Program-made: the position numbers and the translations under genes
Notes under the pieces: model-generated
What the model was told of the DNA's origin: nothing
The model's input: the letters and a program-made list of their open reading frames with translations, nothing else
Database searches by the model: none
In this document: positions 1 to 12,356 of the stretch, in pieces
How the letters are laid out: each line of letters starts with the position of its first letter
Position numbering within the stretch: position 1 is the stretch's first letter
DNA from: Octopus sinensis
Taxonomy: Eukaryota
DNA: 35,625 nt
Reading direction: 5' to 3'
Assembly: GCF_006345805.1 (NCBI RefSeq)
Contig: NW_021829620.1
Location: 1 to 35,625 of the forward strand

Positions 1-189
1 CCCGATTTAAATATATAGCTATTGATACTAACTGTTTAAAAAAATAAGAAATTGATAAACAAAATATACCTGAAACATACAAAGGTTATGTTAAATAGTT
101 GCATCGTATATATATTATATATATATATAATATATATATATATATATTATATTATATATATATATATTCTTGGAATTTTCAAAACATAA

Positions 190-360
190 CAAAACAAAAG
201 ACGAAGACGGTTGTGTTTAACAACAAACAGTTGTATTAGTTTAATTCGGGAAGTGATAAAATCTTTTACGTTTCGAGCCTAGGTTCTTCAACAGAAAGGA
301 ACACAGAAATAGACAGAGAGAGAAAATAAAAAAATGGGAGAGAAAATAAAAAAAAGAGAG
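190..360 (-). mobile_element. Penelope-like element terminal-repeat (pLTR) remnant with minimal hammerhead variant
   Basis: Homologous to 7150-7300 and 9610-9770 (shared acaaca..tattagttt..gaaaaagtcttttacgtttcgag..ctcttc.acagaaa). The 7.2 kb copy lies 3' of a GIY-YIG C-terminal remnant. Confidence 0.65.
263..298 (-). ncRNA. Minimal type I hammerhead variant (CUGUUGA core, A6U)
   Basis: Minus strand: CTTT-CTGTTGA-A-GAAC-CTAG-GCTC-GAAA-CG-TA-AAAG. Stem I CTTT/AAAG, palindromic ACGU stem III, one stem II mismatch. Confidence 0.5.
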
Positions 361-394
361 AGATATTAAAAGGTGAGAGAAACACTTATATATA

Positions 395-600
395 TTCTTT
401 TTGCAAGATTCTTGATGTGAATTTGTGCGTTAAAACAGATATTGTTGTATTTGGGAATGGTCGTTTTGCCATTTTAACCAATAAAAACACATGCACTATA
501 TATTTCGTGTTCACTTGCTTCAGATTTATTTCATATTAATTGTATTTCGGCCATAGCTCATTCGTCACACTTCTGTGACCTCATCAGTGGTCCTTTACTT
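395..600 (-). mobile_element. Probable second PLE-type terminal remnant with hammerhead half-core
   Basis: Minus 587-545: CTGATGA-GGTC...GGCC-GAAA. Stem II is present, but no stem I/III complement follows. Confidence 0.35.
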
Positions 601-821
601 TCTTCTTTCTTTTTTGTTAGTAAGCAGAGGATATCTGAGAGCTACCAAGGTACCCACCCGGATAATATATCCCTCTACCACGGTATCCACCGGCATTATA
701 TATCTCCTCTAAACTCTCTGTCTGTCTGTCTATCTGTCTTTCTCTTAAACACACATGCACACACACAATACACCACAGATACACAGGCACAGACATGCCA
801 CACACACACACACACACACAC

Positions 822-874
<53 letters not shown>

Positions 875-1017
875 TATAATAAACTGAAACCATCTTAGTC
901 TCGTGTATCATCGTTGTGTTATCATACAAGATAGAAACTAGTAGCAACAGCCCATATGGCAGGCGTGAAAACTGCTGAGAATACTAGACATGAAACCAAT
1001 GGTGGTCTTGTTAACCA

Positions 1018-1361
1018 GCCTGAGACCTCCTTCGATCACGACACAGACCATGGGATTGCACGTTGAAAGTTACCCTCCCAGGCACAAGTCTTGGCAAGGT
1101 TGTTTATGGAAGATCGGCAGTCGCCCATGCATAACGGTCTCCCCTATCCACGGCACCAGAGTTATCCAAGGGAAAGGCAAAGGGGCCGATACAGCTTGGC
1201 ACCTGTGACGTCGCAACTCATTTCTACAGCTGAGTGAACTGGAGCAACGTGAAATAAAGTGTATTGCTCATGAACACAACACGCAGCCTGATCCGAGATT
1301 CGAGCTCACAACCTCATGATCGTAAGCTCGACGCACTAACCACTGAGCCATGCGCCTTCAC
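1018..1361 (-). mobile_element. tRNA-derived CORE-type SINE (family A)
   Basis: Minus strand begins GTGAAGGCGCATGGCTCAGTGGTTAG (A box) ... AGCTCGAATC (B-box-like), followed by a CORE-like gtgttcatgagcaatacactttatttcacgttgctccagttcactcagctg. Confidence 0.75.
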
Positions 1362-2403
1362 AAAACAGCATATATAATATATTCAATGTACGTAAGGAAG
1401 GAATTAGTGACTTAATATTCAATGATGGAATATTTGACTAAGTGAATGTTTACTCCTAAGTAAGTTTTATGCGCGCTTTAAGATATCGATTTAGATATGT
1501 TGTTAGTAGTTATGTCGTTTAGCCTCTAGTCTACTCTGTGAGTAGAGTCCTATGATGAAAAGCATTGTAGCTGCAACTACCGATTCCTTTTGCGAGTATA
1601 TGTGGTGTTGCTTTAGACAATATAGTTTCTCATTGAAGCTGCGATTTTTGATAGATTTGTTTGGTTGTTTCAGCGGGTCACTTATGTAAATGCCCTCTTC
1701 TTTTGAAACTTGAGAATCTCTTCTTTGATGTCTAAGGTGTTTGATTGCTGGAGATTATTCTGTGAAAATATGATATGAACCGTTGCTTCACGAATGAGGC
1801 AGCTTGAGATATTCCTTCGTCACCGAGTTAAACACATTCTTGTTGGCCTCAGTGTCGCAAATCCAGCAAAGCCTGTAAGCAACGACGCTAAACTTCAACT
1901 GTTCATAAAAGGGCCAAAAGCAAATGTATAGGACTGTACCGGACTTCAGTTTAGAGCGAGAATAGGTGGTGTGCTTCCATTATCCAAGTACAAGTTGCCA
2001 ACATACCTCCCTTAACAATTTGAGCCGATTGCAAAATTAGGTAGGCAGAATAAAGGTTGACCTCAGACACTAAGTGATACTGTCACATCGTTATAAATAT
2101 CAAACATCAAACCTGTCAGGAATCGACTAGTAGTTAGTAGTTTGGTGCATCTTAGAGCGATTACTATTAAGGCTATATTATAACAATTATCGATCTGGTG
2201 ATATGAAACTCACTAGAATGTAACGAGAAGCATGAGTAAAAGAACATCTCGAGAGAGATGCTTCAATAACTAGCAAAAGATTACGAGAGAGAATATCATT
2301 TAAATAAACGTTGACGATCAACAGAATGTTGCTCTAGAGACGTGCAACTTTGCAACCCATTATCTAAACAACCATTATGAGTTTGTATTCCATCGATAGC
2401 CAT

Positions 2404-2485
2404 TATCACGTATTAGCAATATCCATATATCCATATATATATATATATATATATATTATATAATATATATATATAATATGACACA

Positions 2486-2553
<68 letters not shown>

Positions 2554-2801
2554 TATCATATATCCCTATATATATCCACATATATATATATCTCCATATA
2601 TCCATATATATATCTATTATATATATATATAATATAACACACACAACATATATATATATATATATCCATATATATATTTATATCCATATCCATATATATA
2701 TACATATTTGCATATATGGGATATATATATTATATAATATATATCCATATATATACATATATGCATATATGTGTGCATATATTTATATATTATATATATA
2801 T

Positions 2802-2846
<45 letters not shown>

Positions 2847-2875
2847 TATATATATATAATATATTTATATATTAC
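2404..2875. repeat. Degenerate (TA)n-rich compound microsatellite
   Basis: Directly visible. Explains ORFs 2456-2644 and 2478-2840. Confidence 0.95.
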
Positions 2876-3710
2876 GTGTGTGTATGTGTGTGTATGTGTT
2901 TGTGATTGTGCTTGTGTGCAGGGATATTTGCTGAAATGTGTGTAATGTCGTGTGAAATGTAGGTGGTTCCGTATCATTACGTTGTTAATTTGAAATATAT
3001 TAGGATAATCTTAATAAATACAATCATTTTTTTTTCTTTGGTGAAGGTGTTTTATGGAACAACCGTGACGTGAAATGAATTATAAATCTGAAACAATCAA
3101 ATTTCAATACTTTCCTAAATAAATAGCTTGGTTTAATACTTGTGCCGATATATATGTGTGTACCTGTCTGTAAGTACGTACGCATGTATGAATGTATACA
3201 CAACACACACACATACATACATATGTGTATAACACGAACATTGAAGTCAACAAGCATTAGTTGTCGATGACACATACGTTTTTGCACTCCTCGTTAGCTT
3301 TACGTTGCAAGATTTATATTGTTTAATAATTAGCTGAACAAAATCATGGGAGCTCTTAAACTCGCGTTACGGGATTTTTATCCAAAATACACTAAAGAAT
3401 TTTGGTAATGATAATAAGGTTAGTCGGGAGAAATGACAGAATTATTTCTTAGGGGTACTGAAAGTTTTCGAGTTTTTCTAGGAAACGAAATGAAATTCAA
3501 TGAAATGAAACGAGAAAAAATTAAATTAAAATATAGTGAAATATTTACCTTATTACATTGAATAATTCGTGTAGCACTTGAGAATGCTTACTCTGCCATC
3601 TGAATGCATTTCAGGATTTCTTGCCAATTGCGAAAGGTCTAACCTAGATCCAAGGACACCTCATTAGAATTTCAACAACACCAACAGGGTATTTTTTATG
3701 TATGTAGGTA

Positions 3711-3816
3711 CGTGGGGTGTATGAAAAGTCGTGAACCTCAAAACAATAAATTATAGTATAAGACTTCAGATGTAGGTACAAGACAACAAGGCACAAAACG
3801 TTTCATACACCTCTCG
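3711..3816. mobile_element. 106-bp mariner-type MITE
   Basis: TA|CGTGGGGTGTATGAAAAGT ... ACGTTTCATACACCTCTCG|TA. About 19-bp imperfect TIRs, TA target duplication. Confidence 0.7.
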
Positions 3817-3844
3817 TATGTATGTATGTATGTATGTATGTATG

Positions 3845-3880
<36 letters not shown>

Positions 3881-4125
3881 TGTATGTGTGTATGTGTGTA
3901 TGTATATATATGTAGGTATGTGTGTGTGTATGCGTGTATGTATGTATGTGTATATGTATGTATGTATGTGTGTATGTGTGTATGTATGTACGTATGTATG
4001 TATGTATGTATGTATATATGTATGTATGTATGTGTACGTATGTATGCAAGCATGCATTTATGTATGCGTGTGTGTGTGTGTATGTATGTATTTGTGTATG
4101 TACGTATTTATGTATGTATGCATGT
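3817..4125. repeat. (TATG)n/(TG)n compound microsatellite
   Basis: Directly visible. Explains six overlapping YVCM/HTYI ORFs. Confidence 0.95.
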
Positions 4126-4510
4126 GTGGAGGTGCAATGGCCCAGTTGTTAGAGCAGAGGACTCGCGGTCGTAGGATCTTGGTTTCGATTCCCAGACCGA
4201 GCGTCGTGAGTGTTTATTGAGCGTAAACACCAAAAGCTCCACGAAACTCCGGCAGGGGATGATGGCGAATCGTGCTGTACTCTTTCACCACAACTTTCTC
4301 TCACTCTTTCTTCCTATTTCCGTTGTACCTGTATTTCAAAGGGCCAGCCTTGTCACACTCTGTGTCACACTGACTCTTCCCCGAGAAATACGTTAAGGGT
4401 GTAAAGTGTCTGTAGAATACTCAGCCACTTGCACGTTAATTTCACGAGCAGGTTGTTCTGTTGATCGGATCAACTGGAACCCTTAATGTCGTAAATGACA
4501 GAGTGCCACA
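4126..4510 (+). mobile_element. tRNA-derived SINE (family B), full length
   Basis: GGAGGTGCAATGGCCCAGTTGTTAG (A box) ... GTTTCGATTCC (B box). Head is shared with 16678-16839 and 25536-25835; tail is shared with 18380-18550. Confidence 0.8.
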
Positions 4511-4550
4511 AATGTATGTATATGTATGTATATATGTATGCATGCATGTA

Positions 4551-4930
4551 CACTTGCGTCAGAAATTAATTAGCACTTCTCAAATTTCTACATTAAATAG
4601 GTTAAATCAATTAACCTATGAGCTGTTCAAAACGTCTTACGCGATGAGAAAACTTAGTATGGTGTGATTTCGGTCCTTGCGAGGCGCTACCTATATCTAT
4701 TAAACAAAGGAAGATTTGTCTGCATCCGCACTCCAAGTTGTTGTTGCACTGCTATGTCAACATCATAAGGCTGTAGACTCTCAAACTGCTCTGCAAACAA
4801 AGTTACGTCATCGTTCTGCGCAACAGTGAACTCGCAACAAAGCAATAGTTCGAGATATGGCCACTAGGTGACAGCACATACCTTGAGTGAAGAGCAAATC
4901 ATGGGTGCTAATTAATTTCTGACGGTAGTG
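4551..4930. mobile_element. 380-bp Tc1-type MITE
   Basis: 26-bp TIRs: CACTTGCGTCAGAAATTAATTAGCAC (4551-4576) and the reverse complement of 4905-4930, CACTACCGTCAGAAATTAATTAGCAC (2 mismatches). TA on both flanks. Confidence 0.8.
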
Positions 4931-5639
4931 TATGTATATATGCATGTATGTATCTATGCATATATGTGTGTGTATGTATGTATTTGTGTATGTACATATT
5001 TATGTACATATGTATGCATATATGTATGTATGCATGTGTGCAATTTACATACATGTATGTATACGTGCAGACAAAATTTACTATATGATATTGAACTTTG
5101 AGAAATTGTAGCTGAAACTTAGTCAATTAACATATATCATTTACGTAGTTCAAATGTTTAGAAGTTCGTTCATGAAGGATTATATTTATTTCGTTTATTT
5201 GAATAATGTCAACACGCCTATGAATTGTTATAAATTTATCGTGCATCGCATGTTTAATCCTTAAGTCGATTGTGTTTCGAGCAATGTTGTCTGACAGGTG
5301 AATGAACAATAGTAATTTTATTTTATTACGCGCTACATATATTGTGTGTATATATATATATAATATTATATATATATATATATATAATATATATATATAT
5401 AATATATTTATTTTTATTTATATATATGTATGTATGCAGTATGGAATAAAGGATGTTCGTCTACTGAAACGATGGTAACATAAATTTGAATTACTGATTA
5501 AATATATATATATATAATATATATATTATAATATATATACATATATGTGAATGTGAGTGTGTAGAGTGTAGTTGTATATGTATGTGCATGTGCTTGTGTG
5601 TGTGTGTGTGTGTATGTGTGTGTCTAAGTTGTGTGTAGG

Positions 5640-5707
<68 letters not shown>

Positions 5708-6790
5708 TATTGAAACGAAAAAAAGACAGATATGAAATTAAATGTTCTGGCATTTATATATTGTTAAGAATATTTTTCAAACTCTACTTAAATACATTTC
5801 TTTAATGTATCGTACAAAATTTATAATGTGTCGTTTACTCAAACAGAAACAAAATATTTCCCCTCGTCGATTCTAAAAGAAAAAAAATGTTGATTCGATG
5901 ATCCATTAGTTATTGTTTTTACGTATATAGCCTTGCTCTATGACGACATAGTATTACATGTTTACTTTCGTGTAACAATGCATATAATTGAATAATTTTA
6001 TATGATTATTATATGTTTTGTTTTCTTTTTTCTCACACCATGACAAAATAATACCTTGGTAACACTACTTTAATATCTATATCATGTTAAATATATGTTT
6101 ACAACTATACACATGTATATTTTTTCCAGTTTATAGATTTACAGTAATTTGAAAGAAAATAGAATTTAATGAGTTTCTGTAATCGGAAGATGTATCTAAC
6201 ATACCTCAGAGCAAAAATTCAAATATATTATAAATTAATTTTTGTTTTTTGTATTGCAAAATGGAGGGCTTACTAATGTAGACAAATTTACAATATACGC
6301 TTGAAATTTTTAAAGAATCTGTTTCAGAATATTTTCTATAAGCAGTAGATGTAGTTGTGTTACAATATAAGTCAACAGTTTAAAGATAATTCAACGAAAG
6401 TAGGACACATTTATAAATTTCTAAAACTAAAAACAAGAAAATTTGAACGGAAATAATTTTCTTTGGAAGATCAAGCAGAAAATTCGCACTGCTCCAAGTG
6501 AAATCTTAACGCTAATTTTACAAGTAAAAACATAGTTTCGTGACTACAACATTACTAATGATACAATGAACTTGTGTTTATGAATCGTACAAAGTATATA
6601 ATATCAATATCGACCTAATCTACATAAATGTAGAATTGCATTGAAAGAAAATCTAAGTAGCCTTACATAACTGTTTTAGATTCGTCATTCAAACCAAAAA
6701 GTAAACTGAAATCAGTACGACATATACTAGACATTGAACTGAATAAAACCAATTGCATTGAGAGTATCCTTATATTTTTTTTTATTCCCT

Positions 6791-6970
6791 TACTGGTTTA
6801 AGTCATTTGCCTGCGGCCATGCTGGAGCACCGCCTTTAGTCGAAGGAATCGACCACAGGACTTATTCTTTTGTAAACCTACTACTTATTCTATCGGACTC
6901 CTTTGCCGAACCGCTAAGTTACGGGGATGTAAACACATCAACACCAGTTGTTAAGCGACGATATGGGACA
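6791..6970 (-). mobile_element. SINE family D, 3' fragment
   Basis: agtcattt..gcggccatgctggagcaccgcctttagtcg...gccgaaccgctaag matches the full copies at 11081, 13771 and 14204. Confidence 0.85.
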
Positions 6971-6987
6971 TCGGCACAATCATATAC

Positions 6988-7001
6988 TGATAGATAGATA
7001 A

Positions 7002-7052
<51 letters not shown>

Positions 7053-7053
7053 A

Positions 7054-7133
<80 letters not shown>
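6988..7133. repeat. (TAGA)n microsatellite
   Basis: Directly visible. Confidence 0.97.
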
Positions 7134-7139
7134 GGATAA

Positions 7140-7816
7140 TTCACAAGAAACAAAATGCGAAGACAGGTGGTATAGACAACAAATAGATATATTAGTTTTA
7201 CGCTCGGGAAATGAAAAAGTCTTTAAAGTTTCGAGCCTACGCTCTTCCACAGAAAAGATCAGAGAAAGAAACAAGGAGAGAAAATAAAGAATTTGTAGTG
7301 GCTGGCGATCTATCATGGCGAACGCTGGACACAAGGGTCACACAGGAGAGCTAGGGAGAAGGAGAGATAATAAAGTAGTAGTGATCTCAAAACGTAAGTG
7401 TAGGTATGTGGATGATGGTATTCGGCTGGGAAGTGGTCAGTGCTAATGTGGGCGTGGTGGTGTGATGTGATGTGGTGTTTTGTGGTATGGTGCTGTATGG
7501 TGTGGTGTGTTGGTGTTGGGATGTGAAGGAGGCGCGTGTGCGTAAAGCAAGGGTAGGTGTGGGTTATCTTGAGGGTGGGAGTAGATGTAGGGTTAGGTGT
7601 GGGGCTGGGGTAGGTGTGATAGGGGAGAGGAGAGGAGGGTTATATGAAGAGGGGAGTAGAGTTGAGCCCATGTGGCGCAAAGGAGCGAAGAGAGAAGATT
7701 AATCACTGTTCACGGCGAAAACGTGTTCCAGATGGCCCCTGTGCAAGGGTAATCCGAACAGACAGGTTTTGCAAAGAGTGACCGGTAGAGCGGAAATGGC
7801 GCGGAACCGGGGTGTG
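7140..7816 (-). mobile_element. 5'-truncated Penelope-like element 3' end: GIY-YIG C-terminus, UTR and hammerhead-bearing pLTR
   Basis: GIY-YIG C-terminal remnant at 7640-7816, then a CCA/CCT-rich UTR. HHR variant at 7221-7257 (CTTTT-CTGTGGA-A-GAGC-GTAG-GCTC-GAAA-CTT) is in the same sense, with stem III mutated. Confidence 0.75.
7640..7816 (-). pseudogene. PLE GIY-YIG endonuclease C-terminal fragment
   Basis: Translates as HTPVPRHFRSTGHSLQNLSVRITLAQGPSGTRFRREQ*LIFSLRSFAPHGLNSTPLFI*. This fits the HF..GHS..L.V...R..E..I..L....P.GLN pattern of PLE endonucleases. The internal TGA is probably from CGA. Confidence 0.75.
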
Positions 7817-7828
7817 AAGTGTGTGTGA

Positions 7829-7876
<48 letters not shown>

Positions 7877-8154
7877 CTGGTTTGTGTGTTTGCATTTGAG
7901 GCTGTCTGTGACTGAACTGCACACGTAGGGGAGAATCAAGGAAACTGGCAGACTCGCTATTAACATTAGTTACCCACTTCAAAGCTTTAGTTGAGGAAAG
8001 GAAATTAAGTTGGTAAAAAAATAATACGTTCGCAATACAGAAGTGATGCTTTAAAGAAATATCACATTGTGCGAGAGCTGTAAAAACTACAACCCTATTT
8101 TAGTTTCATCTGATACCAGAACATATCAATCCTCCGTTGATATTCATGTTTCCG

Positions 8155-8340
8155 TTACTGTTATTTGTTTTAGTCATTAGACTACAACCATGCTGGAGCA
8201 CTATCTTGAAGGGTATAGCCAATCCAATCAACTCAAGTATTTATTTTAAAGTATCGGTCTCTTTTGACGGAGCACTGAGTTACGGAGAAGTAAGCAATCG
8301 GTAGGGGAACAAACACAAGGATACACAGACACACACAAAT
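8155..8340 (-). mobile_element. Divergent SINE family D 3' fragment
   Basis: ttagtcattagactacaaccatgctggagcac...tatcggtctcttttg. Confidence 0.6.
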
Positions 8341-8341
8341 A

Positions 8342-8552
8342 CGAAGGGGTGCTGAAAAGTTCCTGAATTAAGAGAATCGCGAAAAGCCTGGTTCGAAGAC
8401 CAATCTTCGGAGTTCATTTATAGGGCTTAGGAAAACTGAAGGACCGCTGTAATGAGTGTGTGAATCTGAGAGGGGAATATATTAAATAAAATCATAATTA
8501 ACTGATCATCCTGTATTTTCTTTTGCCCAAAAGATATTTGTAGCAACATTCG
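8342..8552 (+). mobile_element. Mariner deletion derivative
   Basis: TA|CGAAGGGGTGCTGAAAAGTTCC start. Internal KDRCNECVNLRGEYIK* resembles mariner transposase C-termini (RW.KC...GEYVE*). Right TIR is degenerate, ending CG|TA. Confidence 0.6.
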
Positions 8553-8679
8553 TACACATTCTCACACACACACACACACACACCCAAAACACCCCCTCAC
8601 ACGCACGTGCGCAAACGCACACCATACATACACACATGCACACACACACACACACATGACGGACTTCAACAAAGTTTCC

Positions 8680-9135
8680 GTCGGTCAAATGCACTCACAA
8701 GACATTAGTCGTCACAGCGTTATAGCCGAAAACACTTGCCCCTTGTGTTGCGTTGGAACACTAGACCCAAAACCTTGGAGTTGTGAAATGATTCTACTAA
8801 GTAGAGGAATGTGCTTGTGCACAACCTATAAAACAACCAATTCATATTAAAACCACAACTGTCCTTTGCATGTACTTGGCTCTCCTTAAACCTTTTTAGC
8901 TCTACTGTTGTTGTGATCAGCAGTAGATATTCACTCTGCTCCAGCGGAACATCAAGAATGTGACAAACATAAGGAGAGAGGGCTCTACAAGCCCTTGGAT
9001 TTCAAGAAATTTCAATTGATGAGATTGGAGCTGCGAAATAAAGTGATATGCTCATAAATACAATATGCCGCCCAATCAACAAATTGAACCCACAACCCCA
9101 TGAACATGAGCCCAACACGCTAACGATTAAGATAC
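8680..9135 (-). mobile_element. Two old SINE head remnants (family D-like 8680-8830, family A-like 9020-9135)
   Basis: actcacaagacattagtcg..aaaacacttgccc and gagctgcgaaataaagtg..tgaacccacaacc..acgctaac resemble the younger copies. Confidence 0.45.
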
Positions 9136-9454
9136 ACATTCATACAATTAAGAATGCAGTAATAGAGAAAGAAGAAAAATAATTCAAACCATAAGAGTTC
9201 ACTGAGTCTCCTACCGAAGGGATAGTTTCATTCTGTCCGCTAGTGATTCTTCCATATAAACAATATGGCTCTGTTACCAACATCTGTGTTTTCAACCAGA
9301 AATGTTTCCCTAATTCATTTTGCTTTCAGCTTAAGAAATACTGCGAAATATTTATTCCGCTCCATTTTTTTTACATTGAATTCTGAATTTCACTTCAAAT
9401 ACTACAAGCTGTTAAACACATATCGCTGCCATACAGTATTCAGAAGAACCTATT

Positions 9455-9580
9455 TCAATTTCAACCAAGTGATTCTCCGGGTTTCAGTCCCACTATGTGG
9501 CACGTCGTGCGAATGATTCCTGCTACAGCCTAGGGCCTACCAGATTCTTGTGAGCGGATTTGGTAGATAAAATACTGCAT
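9455..9580 (+). mobile_element. Divergent SINE family D head
   Basis: ccgggtttcagtcccactatgtggcac...gtgagcggatttggtaga. Confidence 0.6.
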
Positions 9581-9609
9581 ATATATATAGTTGAAATTTA
9601 TAGAAAAAC

Positions 9610-9778
9610 CAAAATCAAAGAGAAGTGTATGAACAACAAGGAAGTGTATTAGTTTCACGCTCAAGAATACTGAAAAAGTCTTTTACGTTTCGAGTTCACG
9701 CTCTTCGACAGAAAAGAATAAGAGAAAAACACAGAGGGAATAAAAAAAAATTGTAGTTCTGAGCGGTCCAGCATGGCA
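9610..9778 (-). mobile_element. PLE pLTR remnant with hammerhead variant at 9680-9716
   Basis: Minus: CTTTT-CTGTCGA-A-GAGC-GTGA-ACTC-GAAA-CG-TA-AAAG. Same family as 190-360 and 7150-7300. Confidence 0.65.
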
Positions 9779-9789
9779 AATATATATTA

Positions 9790-10300
9790 TATATATATAA
9801 AACTGTAGTGTGTGAGTGTCTGTCCCCTCGATTTAGATTCCTAACTCCTCCCACATTTTGCGGTGCAGTTTAACCAATTCGGGTATCTTATAGTCGTGAT
9901 TAATATCGAGCCCGTCTGGCTATTAGCGCGCGTCTACGATGAGCCTACGATTTTAAAAATAATTTAACATCATTTTTATTCCATTTTAATGCATAATTTT
10001 TCGTGTGTCGATGGCGGCGGAGTTGGCGTCCACGCTCAAACACCTGCACCTGTGTTTGCTTCTCACCCTTCTTCCCTCCTCGTGAAGCTGTGGGGAGGAG
10101 GGAGTGTAAGGAAATCAACGTCGTAATGCGTTGTCAAGGAGACCAGCGTTCTTTTAGAACAACGACTTCATGGCTTGAAGACACCAAAACAGAAATGGCT
10201 AAGAAAGCCCGAATTGGCATCTATAAGGAAGTAACTCTCTAAAAATGCTTATATAGTTATTTCCCTTACAAACCCGAGCAACGCCGGGCGATACTGCTAG
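9790..10300 (+). mobile_element. Non-autonomous Helitron
   Basis: 3' end CCCG-AGCAACGC-CGGG hairpin followed by CTAG|T at 10297-10301. The 5' boundary is approximate (TATATATATAAAA-type start). Confidence 0.7.
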
Positions 10301-10303
10301 TAT

Positions 10304-10334
<31 letters not shown>

Positions 10335-10336
10335 TA

Positions 10337-10368
<32 letters not shown>

Positions 10369-10931
10369 GCGGTGTGTGTTTGTGTGTGGATGTGCGTGTG
10401 TGCGTGCGTGTATGTGTATGTAGTTGTGTATGTATAGTTCTTGAAAACCACAACTAGCCATTGCATACTGTAGTAGTAGTTTAATCCCAAGCTATTTTTA
10501 AGAAGGAACCAAAAGACATACATGCTGACATAAAAAACACACAAACATATGCTGCTATTTCACTTGGTAAGCAACTTTCCATAATTTAAAATGGCACTGA
10601 AATTTTGTGAATTTTTGCCCTCAAGAGATTTTTACTTTTTAAATGCATAATGAAATCTTAATTGCAAAATATGAATGAAGGTAAGAAATTCAAACGTACG
10701 TAGGTGATATAAAATTGACTATTATATGTTTCCTTATGTTATATATATATATATATATATATATTTGAGTAATTGAATGAATTATCTTATTAAGGATATT
10801 CGAAAGTTAACCGATACCTACATTCAGTCACTCTGACGTCACTCATTATAAAGAGACACTCATTGTCGCCATGGGCTCCTGAGAGCGGTCAGCTAAGGGT
10901 TTGTGCATTTTGATGTCGACATAAGTTCTTG

Positions 10932-11011
10932 ATTTTCCTGATGAGAAATCTGCATAATGTCTCCTTTCCTTCGGAATTAGAATATGCAGCCTTCGAAACT
11001 ATGTCGAGAAT
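10932..11011 (+). ncRNA. Type I hammerhead ribozyme, complete core
   Basis: ATTTTC-CTGATGA(10938-44)-GAA..CTGCATA...TATGCAG..TTC-GAAA(10995-98)-CTAT-GTC|GAGAAT. Stem I is 6 bp including one GU; stem II is 3+7 bp; predicted cut after C11005. Confidence 0.75.
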
Positions 11012-11080
11012 AAAGGATATTTGTTACTAGTCGTTCAACTCCATTCTTTCATATACTTATATATAATATATACTTACTTA

Positions 11081-11471
11081 CTTTACTTTTACTTGTTTCA
11101 GTCATTTGAATGCGGCCATGCTGGAGCACGCCTTTAGTCGAGCAATCGACCCCGGGACTTATTCTTTGTAAGCCCAGTACTTATTCTATCGGTCTCTTTT
11201 GCCGAACCGCTAAGTAACGGGAACGTAAACACACCAGCATCGGGCGTCAAGCAATGCTAGGGGGACAAACACAGACACACAAACACCACACATACATATA
11301 TATACAAATATACGACAGGCTTCTTTCAGTTTCCGTCTACCAAATCCACTCACACGGCATTGGTCGGCCCGGGGCTATAGCAGAAGACACTTGCCAAGAT
11401 TCCACGCTTGAGACTGAAACCCGGAACCATGTGGTTGGTTAGCAAGCTACTTACCACACAGCCACTCCTGC
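11081..11471 (-). mobile_element. SINE family D (tRNA head + CORE-like), full length
   Basis: Minus head GCAGGAGTGGCTGTGTGGTAAG..GGTTTCAGTC, then ttggcaagtgtcttctgctatagc, an internal microsatellite and an AAGT-repeat tail. Confidence 0.88.
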
Positions 11472-11514
11472 CGCCTATATATACTATATATAATATATAT
11501 TATATATATATCAT

Positions 11515-11735
11515 ATCTATGTGTGGGATCTTTGTGTCATTGTGTCTGTGTTTATCCAACACCGATTAACAACAACGTTTGCCCTGTTATACGCTCTCGT
11601 GACTTAGCAGTTCGGCACAAGGGTTGATATAAGTATCAAAGTTTAAAAAAGTAAAAAAAGTACTGTGGTCGATTCATTCCATTAAAAATTGTTCAAGATG
11701 TTGCTGCGGCATGGCCGCAGTGTAATGACTAAAAC
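11515..11735 (+). mobile_element. Old SINE family D 3' half
   Basis: gacttagcagttcggc...gcatggccgcagtgtaatgactaaaacaagta. Confidence 0.6.
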
Positions 11736-11934
11736 AAGTAATACACACATACACACACTCACACATATATATATACATATATGTAAAGTGATTATTAATG
11801 GAAAAGCTATTAACGATCAGCGCTTGAGAAACTTTTCTCTGTCGATATTTATGGTTAACAAGAAATTTATTAAAGTTAAGTCATTGCTATCCTACGTCAA
11901 ATATAGATGATATCTTATGATAGCATTTCATGTA

Positions 11935-12150
11935 GATTGAAGGGCGAAACGAAACATTTTACATAAAATATCACTCAGAATACTCGATTAATATTTATCA
12001 ATATTAATCAATCCGAAATCTCATCAATTTTCGAAGCTACTTGTTCAATTTCAATAGATTTATTAGGTCTTATCAGTGACACCTTTAAATCCGTTGCTGA
12101 ATCATTTCTAATGATTTTCCAACGTATGTCATCTAATCCACCAATATTAC
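11935..12150 (+). repeat. Unclassified dispersed repeat, inverted homolog at 17125-17335
   Basis: ttttacataaaatatc..tcgattaata..aatcc.a.atctcatcaattttc.aagctac.tgttc..ttatcagtg.acct..gctga.t..tctaatgattttc aligns to the reverse complement of 17125-17335. Confidence 0.6.
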
Positions 12151-12287
12151 CCTATTCAAAAGTATCAGGTACGACTACTACCCCCACCAGTATGGAAGAA
12201 GTAAGTTACATGTGACCAAACATTTCATCTCTGTTGCTGTGGCGTATGATTATCATCCAGTTCTACATCATCTATCTCCCACCGTGT

Positions 12288-12288
12288 T

Positions 12289-12356
<68 letters not shown>

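Noticed and set aside
541-593. CTGATGA-GGTC..GGCC-GAAA on the minus strand as a functional hammerhead
   Set aside because: No stem III/UH site or stem I complement follows GAAA. Kept only as a half-motif.
1500-1900. Possible retroelement coding remnant on the minus strand
   Set aside because: All frames I translated have stops and no recognisable RT or endonuclease motif.
4126-4200. SINE heads as genuine tRNA genes
   Set aside because: No complete acceptor stem, and each continues into a shared repeat body.
4858-4876. CTCF-like motif TGGCCACTAGGTGACAGCA inside the Tc1 MITE
   Set aside because: It mismatches the conserved GGC core, and a single motif is not evidence without ChIP data.
5440-5474. 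Possible 35-nt micro-exon (cag|TATGGA...GATG|gtaac)
   Set aside because: No polypyrimidine tract and no partner exons found.
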